A stretch of 64,000 bases of DNA from a virus: positions 46,005-110,004 of the IMG/VR virus record IMGVR_UViG_3300045988_160931; one strand, 5' to 3'. The notes under the pieces were generated by a model. It did no database searches, was not told where the DNA came from, and saw only the letters and a program-made list of their open reading frames with translations. Shown here piece by piece: positions 52,869 to 61,507 of this stretch. The stretch's first letter is position 1; each line of letters begins with the position of its first letter. Both the position numbers and the translations under genes were made by a program.

Positions 52869-55739
52869 TTACTTTTTTCTGTATTCAGATTGTTTTTCAG
52901 TTTTATATCTTCTTCTATATTCAGCATAGCATTTTCTGCATTTTGTTGTCGTATTATCATTCTTTTTTACAAAAAACCATGTACCACATTCTTCACACTG
53001 TATTGACTTTTCAAAAGATAATCCATATTGACGAATATCTTTTAGTATCAAGTTCTTGTTGCGAAGTAAATTTCTGTAGATTTGTTTTCCAAAGCAAAAC
53101 CAAAGTACTTCTTTGTTTTTGCTTTTCTTAAAGTCATATAGATACTTAACTAAAATATCCGTGATTTCCTTTTCTGTCTTACCAGTCTTAAAAAACTCTT
53201 GTCTTATTTCTTTCGCAACGTCACCAATAACAATATCATTCTTCAAATTTGAATCCAAATTTACAGAAGATGATGCAGAAAAAACATTATCATCGACATT
53301 TGTTATCTTATACCGATATTTCCGACTCATATCTAAATATGTTAGGATAACACTATCTGTTCTATCTGCAATCGGCTTACCATTCCCATTAACTTCAATT
53401 CTGATCTTCAGTTCTGGATTTGACATCATATAAGCATAATTGATTTTCCCTATTTTTAATCCTCTACAATTGATTCTTGGATTTGGGATAATCTTATCTA
53501 ATTGATTTACTAAACTTTCATTGACAGCTTCAACCTGAGATTCCAACTTATCTTTTGCATACACAAAAAAGTGTGGCAGTTTATTTTTTGTAAACATCTT
53601 AACTTGTTCACCAAAATCATCTGTTCTTTCTGGCATATATAATGTCTTAGCAGCATCAATTGAGAAATTGGATTCAGCACATAACAATCGGATTGTATCT
53701 AGTGCAATTTTCTTTTCTTCCTCAGTACCATATTGAAAAACACCACAATTCCAAATCTTTGAGATATTATTGCTATATACTCCAATATTCCCATATGTAA
53801 ACGCAGCATTTAACCCATTATATAATACTTCATTTGTAATCTCAGAAGCATCTGCTTTACGCATATTATAATAAAGAGGAACAAAATCATATTTTTCTTT
53901 ATTTCGTTTTGCAATTTCTATAATCTTTTTATCAGACACAACAAGGAGCGTATCCCCATCCACATCGAGCTGCAAAATTTTGGTAATTAAATCATGAGTA
54001 CTTGTATACAAGCTATTTGTACAGAACCATTTCCGAATTTTATCTCTATCCTGGCATTCAATATAAGCTTTGTTTTTACGTACAGCGTGTTCAAAGAATA
54101 AATGTGGGGAGCGAAGGCAATCAAGTTCTTCATCTTTTCGAAATAGCCAACAAAATACTTCGTCATCTTTCAAAAGACCTTCTGGAACCTCAACCCCTTG
54201 AAATAACCATTGACAAAAAGCAAATAAGTCCGGCAAAACAAACGTGTATTTTCCTTTAACCTCTAACTTCCCTGATTTATATCGCTTTACCATGCTATCT
54301 TTGATCTCACGAATTTTTGATTTGATGAAATCATCATTTATCAGATTCGGATATAGAGCAATCGACTTTTGGAGATATGTTTGATTCTGATTATATGCTG
54401 TAATACCTAATGCAGCTTTTATCGTATCTACAGAAGAACATAAGGAATTTAGTTTTTTTATAGAATCACTTGCGATCTCAACAATTTCATCATCTGTAAT
54501 GTCGGATAAGGATTGCAGCATTTGATAATTGATTTTAGAATCCTTAATTCGCTCTTCTTCTGGTTTAGTATAGCAAGCGTGGCATCTATATTTTTTGAAT
54601 TTTCGCTTATAATCTTCCCATGAATCATAGTATTTATAAAGCTTAAACTGGCTTTTCGTCATAATAACCTGAATCTTTTCGGCTATAACATCATGTTCTA
54701 TCCCATAAATATCTTTTATAACAGGGGAACAGTTGAACTCTTGTATGAACGAAACGAAATCAAATACACCAAGTAATCCTTTAATCCATGGTAAACGAAC
54801 CATCCTCGTACATCCCATTTCTGGAAGCATGATTCCGCAGCCATCAGTATGAGGGATAGGAACCCTATCATGTTTTCTAGTAATTGAATAATCTTCATCA
54901 GAAATATAATCAAATTCACCATATACTTGCGTTTCAAAATCATCTACAACAATAACTCTATCAATATCGAAACCAATCCATTCATCAGTAGCAGAATTGG
55001 ATAAAGCAGTGTAGGCAAGAAATTTATTTGGATTTATTCCACCCTTTTCATTTATCTTATCAAGCGTCAATCCACACATAAGTGTTTTTTCTTTCTCTTT
55101 CCAAATTGATTCTTTCATAAAAACACATTTCTTAGTTCTGATCTGTCCGGCAGAAGATGTAAAATACACATATTTTTCTCCGTGATACATAAATCCAAAG
55201 TGAATCATATCTTTTATTAGATCATAATAATAAATTTGGACAACCATAAAAGCATCTGAAAATTCATCCTGTTTCATTCCAATTGTTCTTGTGCAAAATG
55301 AATCAAATACTGAAATCACATTTTTATTGCAGAACTCACCAGAAACAGTCTTAATCGTTCTTTCGTCTAGCGTTCGAATATGATCTTTCCCGTTTGTAAG
55401 AATATTTTGGTTTGTTTTGTTCTCCAATAAAGAAAGCAATTTGTCTTTACTCTGCTTTATTCTTTCTCTCTTATGCACGATCAGATCACTATAGAATCGG
55501 TAATCAGAAACTAGATTAAAAATATCATCTGGGACATCCAATTCTTCTTTTACCATTGATTTGAATTCTTTTTCATGATACCCTTGTTTCTCAACAGAGG
55601 TTTCTATCAATTCAAGGCGTGTTTTTAGATATTTTCGTTCCTGCCGAAGTTTATGGTTCAAAATATGTAATCTTCTTTCTCGATTGCTATAAAAATTACC
55701 TGTGTCTACCGATAAAATCTTACACTGCTTATCAAGCAC
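52869..55739 (-). CDS. YonO / RdRP-like single-chain two-barrel RNA polymerase with a C-terminal zinc ribbon
   Basis: Ordered motifs match the RdRP/YonO family: FTSSAGQIRTKKCVFM, PHTDGCGIMLP, RLPWIKGLLGVF, MTKSQFKLYKY, INYQMLQSL, CLRSPHLFFEH, and catalytic LDVDGDTLLVV (DxDGD). C-terminal CEECG...CRKC. Confidence 0.75.
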   Translation of the reverse strand: MLDKQCKILSVDTGNFYSNRERRLHILNHKLRQERKYLKTRLELIETSVEKQGYHEKEFKSMVKEELDVPDDIFNLVSDYRFYSDLIVHKRERIKQSKDKLLSLLENKTNQNILTNGKDHIRTLDERTIKTVSGEFCNKNVISVFDSFCTRTIGMKQDEFSDAFMVVQIYYYDLIKDMIHFGFMYHGEKYVYFTSSAGQIRTKKCVFMKESIWKEKEKTLMCGLTLDKINEKGGINPNKFLAYTALSNSATDEWIGFDIDRVIVVDDFETQVYGEFDYISDEDYSITRKHDRVPIPHTDGCGIMLPEMGCTRMVRLPWIKGLLGVFDFVSFIQEFNCSPVIKDIYGIEHDVIAEKIQVIMTKSQFKLYKYYDSWEDYKRKFKKYRCHACYTKPEEERIKDSKINYQMLQSLSDITDDEIVEIASDSIKKLNSLCSSVDTIKAALGITAYNQNQTYLQKSIALYPNLINDDFIKSKIREIKDSMVKRYKSGKLEVKGKYTFVLPDLFAFCQWLFQGVEVPEGLLKDDEVFCWLFRKDEELDCLRSPHLFFEHAVRKNKAYIECQDRDKIRKWFCTNSLYTSTHDLITKILQLDVDGDTLLVVSDKKIIEIAKRNKEKYDFVPLYYNMRKADASEITNEVLYNGLNAAFTYGNIGVYSNNISKIWNCGVFQYGTEEEKKIALDTIRLLCAESNFSIDAAKTLYMPERTDDFGEQVKMFTKNKLPHFFVYAKDKLESQVEAVNESLVNQLDKIIPNPRINCRGLKIGKINYAYMMSNPELKIRIEVNGNGKPIADRTDSVILTYLDMSRKYRYKITNVDDNVFSASSSVNLDSNLKNDIVIGDVAKEIRQEFFKTGKTEKEITDILVKYLYDFKKSKNKEVLWFCFGKQIYRNLLRNKNLILKDIRQYGLSFEKSIQCEECGTWFFVKKNDNTTTKCRKCYAEYRRRYKTEKQSEYRKK

Positions 55740-55971
55740 CTATCAAACACACCCTCTCTTAACATCAATCCCAATTTCCATTTTCAATACAGAAATCGTC
55801 ATATGCTTTTTTATAATCATAATAGTCCGAATCATTATCGCCAGAATATCTATCATCAATTGGCGGCAAAAAATCTTTGTCCGTCAAAACTACATTCTTG
55901 TTTGTATTCCCATTCTTTTTCAACGGGAATAATTCCTTTCTTTTCTCTATCTCATACTCGCCACCTTTCTA

Positions 55972-56154
55972 TTACGCTGAAGTAAACACTAAACTCAATC
56001 CGTGGAACGTAAATGTTACACCAATAATGACAATTGCAAGGCAAGAAATTGCAAAAATCCAGTACGGCAGATCATCATTATATTGCCGCAGCATCACGCC
56101 AATTGAAATTACTGAAATTGTCATCAAAATCAATCCTAAAATCAGAAAAACCAT
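55972..56154 (-). CDS. small two-pass membrane protein
   Basis: 60 aa with two hydrophobic helices (FLILGLILMTISVISIGVM, IFAISCLAIVIIGVTFTF). Confidence 0.5.
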   Translation of the reverse strand: MVFLILGLILMTISVISIGVMLRQYNDDLPYWIFAISCLAIVIIGVTFTFHGLSLVFTSA

Positions 56155-56177
56155 TTGTACTCCTTTTCATCACCGTC

Positions 56178-57062
56178 TTATTGAGATAATAATTGCGATT
56201 TCTTTGCTTCTATCTCATTGCAATAATAAGATTCACCTTCTAAAATTAAATTTTTAAGATTATCTCTTTTCTTATACTCACAAACAAAATACGACTGTGA
56301 AAGATAGATACTTTGTGTTTGCATTACATTCGTTACTTTAGTCACATAGAAAATATTTAACTCTTCCAGAATATCCATTATGTCTTTTACATAATATTCG
56401 GAAAGTCCGGTGTTATTCGAAAATTCCGGATAATACATTAAGAATACTTCTGGACACATCAAAATAGCATTATCACATTTTGCTGGTCTTGCTGGAATTT
56501 CTTTGCGAACACAAGCCAACTCCAACAATATCTTTTGACAACTTTTATTTCTATTAAGACAATATCTTCTTATTGACAGAACTTCATCGACAGAAATAAG
56601 AATATACCCACCATTTACATTAAATTCAAGTTCTCCATACCCGATTGAGTATCCATCATATTCTGAGATATATGATGGATATAGTGAAAACTGAATTAAA
56701 TCCTTCGGTTTGGCATTTTCAAAGTCTCGCCAGCTACACCAAATATAATTATTCTTTACAAGCCATCTTAATGCCTTAATAACTCTTTCGTTAATTGCAT
56801 TTGAGTTTCTTCTTTGTTTTCTACCGAAAAAACAAATTGCATCTGATAACGAAAAGTCAGAAAACATTTGCTCGAAATTTTGTTTTACATTTAAGTGAAG
56901 ATATATGTATACAGATAACACATCCTCGAAGAATTTATATCCAAATCGCAATCCTCTACAGCAATCGTCAACCAATTTCTTACCAACTTTAATCGTGTGT
57001 TCTTCATGGTAATTCATTTTTCTCCAGTATTTTTCACTCATTAAAATCACCGCCAATTTCAC
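56178..57062 (-). CDS. RepA_N-like / winged-helix DNA-binding protein, paralog B
   Basis: 294 aa. Shares motifs at corresponding positions with the upstream ORF (ALRWLVKNNYIWC vs SITWLIENKFLKC; IFYVTKVTN vs IFYVKELKTN). Confidence 0.5.
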   Translation of the reverse strand: MKLAVILMSEKYWRKMNYHEEHTIKVGKKLVDDCCRGLRFGYKFFEDVLSVYIYLHLNVKQNFEQMFSDFSLSDAICFFGRKQRRNSNAINERVIKALRWLVKNNYIWCSWRDFENAKPKDLIQFSLYPSYISEYDGYSIGYGELEFNVNGGYILISVDEVLSIRRYCLNRNKSCQKILLELACVRKEIPARPAKCDNAILMCPEVFLMYYPEFSNNTGLSEYYVKDIMDILEELNIFYVTKVTNVMQTQSIYLSQSYFVCEYKKRDNLKNLILEGESYYCNEIEAKKSQLLSQ

Positions 57063-57924
57063 ATTTCACAATACCATCAAAATATTTTTTCAATTTTTGT
57101 TCTTTACTATTGATTTCATTTTTATAATATTCTTCTCCAATAATAATTGTATTTGTATTAAAGTGTCTAGCGCAGAAATTCGATACAATATGTTGCTTAC
57201 GAATAAAAAAATCCTTTGTTGCATTAGTTTTTAATTCTTTTACATAAAAGATATCAATCGATGTTAAAACAGTCAACGCTTTTTTTACAGCCTTTGTAGA
57301 AATTCTCAACTCATCTGCTATTTTAGAATAATAGAAGTTATAAGCTTCCGGTCTATCATCAGAATAGTATTGAACCCCGTTTCCCATTTCTTTTGCGTTA
57401 TTTTGACATTTTCTTAATGGGATTAGTTTTCGAAAAAATACAAGTACTCCCAAAGTCCTAATAATATCTGCTTTATTTTCTTTGCAAAAATAATGGGCAT
57501 TCATTAGTTCATCATAATAAATAGGAACGTAAGAATAGTTTCTCCCAGCAATATTTGATGTAACATCATACTCACAACAATTTGAATTTTTGACTTTTTC
57601 AAAGTCATTGTCGCATTTCAAGAATTTGTTTTCGATAAGCCATGTAATAGAATTTCTAATTCTTGCAGTTATCCCTTCTGGCACTCTATTCGGCACTCTT
57701 AACAATTGAGTAGTTATTTGATTATTGCTGATCGTTGTACCATAAAAGAAAGATTCAGCATTTTTATACTTCGGATTAAAACGTCTTACATGATTTTCAA
57801 TTATCATAAGGTACGCTGATATTGTAATGCAAAAATCACACTCCTTATCCTCGCTCGCAGCTTTAATAAGCGAAGATGGTACTTTATAAAAACTTGATTC
57901 AACCTCGGTCATTTTTCTAATCAT
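57034..57924 (-). CDS. RepA_N-like replication-initiator-type protein, paralog A
   Basis: 296 aa. The N-terminal SSFYKVPSSLIKAAS... resembles the RepA_N FYK(L/V)P motif. Overlaps paralog B by 29 nt. Confidence 0.5.
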   Translation of the reverse strand: MIRKMTEVESSFYKVPSSLIKAASEDKECDFCITISAYLMIIENHVRRFNPKYKNAESFFYGTTISNNQITTQLLRVPNRVPEGITARIRNSITWLIENKFLKCDNDFEKVKNSNCCEYDVTSNIAGRNYSYVPIYYDELMNAHYFCKENKADIIRTLGVLVFFRKLIPLRKCQNNAKEMGNGVQYYSDDRPEAYNFYYSKIADELRISTKAVKKALTVLTSIDIFYVKELKTNATKDFFIRKQHIVSNFCARHFNTNTIIIGEEYYKNEINSKEQKLKKYFDGIVKCEIGGDFNE

Positions 57925-58186
57925 AGCGATCTCCTCTCCAATCTAAAAACGGTATACCCAATGTCAAAATTCAAACAAATTTAGATAGCCTAAACCCAAA
58001 GCACAGTTCTCAGAAGGACTACAAATCACAAAAAGCAATCCTACTTATAATATACGATTTTTAATATAAAAAGTAAAAAGCATAATCAAATTTTATTTCC
58101 TTTGATAGTCCATTGGTAATCGTTTTATCGAGAAAATGACATTGAAATTCACTTTTCATTTTTGTAAACCGTTTGGTTGACACATA

Positions 58187-58272
58187 TTATTTACTTTACT
58201 TTTTTGTAAAGCTGAAATCGTTAAAATAGCCGATTTTGAGAAAATTACCTTACAAAAAAGTAAAGTAAATAA
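58187..58272. repeat. perfect 23-nt inverted repeat, arms 40 nt apart
   Basis: TTATTTACTTTACTTTTTTGTAA (58187-58209) and TTACAAAAAAGTAAAGTAAATAA (58250-58272). Further TTTGTAAA/TTTACAAA copies at about 58161 and 58283. Confidence 0.85.
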
Positions 58273-58317
58273 TAAAAAATCACTTTACAAAAATGTGCCG
58301 AAAAAAGCCGTATACTA

Positions 58318-58362
58318 TATATAAGAAAGAATATATATACAATATATAAGAAAGAATATATA
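58318..58362 (+). repeat. 20-nt perfect direct repeat, period 25
   Basis: TATATAAGAAAGAATATATA at 58318-58337 and 58343-58362. Confidence 0.85.
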
Positions 58363-60815
58363 CACTATAGAAGAAGATTATACGCACGTTGCCGCCAAAC
58401 ATAGAAAATCCAGTACTAGAGAAATCTAATACTGGATTGATTTTAGATATGATATTTTTCTAATTGAGTGTATCTCCAATAATAATATAAGCTAATATAG
58501 TTTATGCTTCTTATAGATTAGATAGATAAGATTATATTTTATATTGAGTAACTACTTTGTGTTAGTACTGATTAGTATTGAGATTATCTTTCTTGTATCT
58601 TAATACTGCATCATAATTTATCTGACTACAATTTTGGTATAATCAGATATTGAGTATTCTGTATTGACTATAGTAAGTTCTATATTAAAATCTCTAAATT
58701 GGATATGCTATTAATTAGCTATGTTATGTATTGTATTAGTTAGAGTTAATTTATGCTATTTCTTTTATGCTTCGCTACGCTACGCTGTCATTTCGCTACG
58801 CTCAATGATTGACTTTCATTCACTACGTTCATTCCAGTCAAATATATTACTTATGGATTATTGATTATTGATTATTTGGATATTAGATTATGTTTGATTG
58901 TCTTATTTAAGCAAATAAATTTTCAATTTGAATATGCTTTAGATAATATGTATTATGTTATATGATTCAATATTTATCTTAATTTTTGATTGCGTAATCT
59001 AATATCAATTTTAAGCTATCTAGAATTGATTCTAAGAGACTTTACTATTTCACCCTCAATTATACTATTTTTCTTATAGCGTCTTAAAACGGCTTTTAGA
59101 TGCCTTAGAATCGATATTGAGATTTTACACTATTTGATTATTGTGGTTTTAATGCTTTTATATTATAATCTTGCAGAATGAAATCATTATGATTTTATAA
59201 AATCAAATATAAGCTGCCAGAAGTCTTTCTAAGACGTTTTGCAGAGAATACTATAATCTAAGCCTGCCAATATAGCAAATTGCCTTAGAGATGATTCTGA
59301 TAGCAATTCAGATGCTAATAACAGCACTAATATGATTCGAATAGTAGAATTGATAGAGTAGAATATCTAAAATATTGGATATGCTTATTTAAGCTCACAA
59401 ACGCTAGAGTTTATCAATGTACAAGAACTTCTACAATTAGGGTAGTAAACTATACCCCTACATATTTGCAGTTGCAGATAACTCGATCATCATCGATGTT
59501 CTAGCGCTTAAAATCGATTCTGGGTTTAGATGTTTGATTTTGGTCTGTGCATACTTGTATATTATTCCAGAACTTTTTTATGATATGAAGCTATGTTAGG
59601 GTCGAACTGATAGACCTTGCAAATTTCGATTAAGCAATACCAGCTAATCAAGAGCAATATAATTTTTGTATGTGATTTTCAAATATGATATTCTGAAAAT
59701 ACAGTCTTAGCCTGAGTTAGACATCTAAACACAAGATTGGAGATTTTTAAGATTAGAGCTTTTAATGACTATGATAGTTTTAGACTCCGATTTTTGATTT
59801 AAGATTTTTTAGATTATACTTTTATTGCAGCTTAATGGGTACCTCCATAGAATGAAATTTATTTTTCTTCAGAAAATAGAGTACCTTAATTTTAGATACA
59901 GTGTTTATTTTATAACGAATAGAGGTTTTATTTTTCCGATAAATACGAAATTGCACGGGTATAACGTGAAAATATCCCAAAATAAGCAAAATTGCGGCAT
60001 ATGTAAAATATCACGCAAATGCGTTATTTTTTAGATTTTGGTTTCCAATTGAAATAATTGAATAAGTACTTAAAATCGTTGAAAATAAGTACCATCTGAA
60101 TGATTTTCTTCGAAATTTCGGTATATTTTATTTTTGATATTGGGGTAGGATTCGTAGTATATTTTGTAGAAAATTCAAACGAATATTTTTAATAATTCGT
60201 ATGGTGTCCAGAGCAATTAAAATCAGAAAATCAAATTTTGAGAATTTTGATTTAATCAAATTTAATCAGAATTGTTTGAAGGAAATCGGGAACGACTGAA
60301 GAGATGAACATAGCAAAAATGAGGAACGGAAAATGGGGTGAAAAACAGGGTAAAAATAGGGCGTTTTTAGGTGTTGAAAGTTACCAATTAAATGGTAATA
60401 AAACGGATGCGATTTTGAGTGAGATTATTTTGTTTTCATTTTTAACTATAATATTATGATTTGAATTTTGATTATGGTATTTTTGATTGAATCAGAATGA
60501 TAGAAATATTGAATGTGAAAAAATTGAATTTAGATTAGGGCGTGGATGAGCATTGTTTGGGTGCGATTTGAGTGTTACATGATAGCATCTGAATGCTGCA
60601 TAATGGCAGGGGAGGTCTGGCAACGAGTATAGAGAGAATTTCGGGAGGATAATTTGGACTAATTTTGAGTTGTTTTTGGGGTTAACCAGCAGAATGATTT
60701 AAGTCAATTTGAGAGTATTTTTTTTGTTGTGTTGGGGATTAGATTTGTTTTGATTTGTTATATTAATGTCGTGATTTTTGGCGAAATTGCGCTGTTTTTT
60801 GAATTTAGGAGAGAT

Positions 60816-60950
60816 GGGGATTGGGATGTGAATTGGGATTCGGGAATGTGGTAGGGGAGTGGGGCAAGAGGGGATGGAGGATGGGGAGATGAGAGTGAGA
60901 AATGAGATTTTTGAGTATGGGCGGTGTGTGGAACACGTATGGGGCTGGGG
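60816..60950 (+). repeat. cluster of at least 11 G-runs (3 or more G) on the + strand
   Basis: GGGG 60816, GGG 60823, 60835, 60842, GGGG 60854, 60861, 60870, 60883, GGG 60919, GGGG 60941, 60947. Only 2 C between 60806 and 60900. Confidence 0.85.
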
Positions 60951-61031
60951 TAAAAATGGAATGTTGAAAAAATTGTAAAATAGCCCCGGTTAAGATTGCA
61001 ACCGCCGGAAACAGCGACGGGAGAAAAAATG

Positions 61032-61069
61032 CGAATGTGAAAAAACCGATTTTTTTCACATTCGTTTTT
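61032..61069. terminator. bidirectional rho-independent terminator
   Basis: 14-bp stem CGAATGTGAAAAAA (61032-61045) / TTTTTTCACATTCG (61051-61064). A6 before, T5 after. Confidence 0.7.
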
Positions 61070-61257
61070 GCTAGTTTTGGGATATTATAAATATAAAATT
61101 TTCGTGAATTCAAATAGTTTCACGTGAAACATTTCTAAAATATTTCTGAGTCAATAGAAAATCTATATCTTGATTGCCGATCGCCTGGTATCGTTATAGT
61201 GATATGAGAACGATACCATACAAGCAGATCAGAAAACCGCTGCCGGTATTGGGATAT

Positions 61258-61292
61258 AAAAAAAGAGTGTAAAGCGAAATAACTTTACACTC
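61258..61292 (-). terminator. rho-independent terminator for leftward transcription
   Basis: 10-bp stem GAGTGTAAAG (61265-61274) / CTTTACACTC (61283-61292). The A7 run at 61258-61264 reads as T7 on the minus strand. Confidence 0.7.
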
Positions 61293-61317
61293 GATTGACT
61301 ACAATTTAACAATAGTT

Positions 61318-61507
61318 TATCACTAAACAATAATATATCCGCCGTAGTCCTCACTAGTCATCACTAAATTATCACGTATATTTCACACAGTTTTTACATT
61401 CCTATCACAAGGCTATCACGTATCAAATACTAACCCATCACTATTCCATCATTAGTCCAACACATACTTAACACTTATATATCACATACTTATCACAAAA
61501 CTATCAC
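61318..61507 (+). repeat. array of TATCAC / ATCAC motifs, partly phased at 11 bp
   Basis: TATCAC at 61318, 61370, 61403, 61414, 61480, 61491 and 61502. ATCAC at 61360 and 61437. Confidence 0.85.

Noticed and set aside
58400-60300. CRISPR or mini-CRISPR array in the repeat-rich AT tract
   Set aside because: I found no regularly spaced 25-40-nt identical repeats. The recurring words (TTTAGAT, ATATTGAG, TTGGATATGCT) are short, degenerate and irregularly spaced. No cas genes are present.
60805-61113. 102-aa minus-strand ORF
   Set aside because: Its product is Pro/His/Leu/Ser low complexity (..HSHLPILHPLLPHSPTTFPNPNSHPNPHLS), generated by reading the complement of the G-run cluster. It also spans the bidirectional terminator and has no SD.
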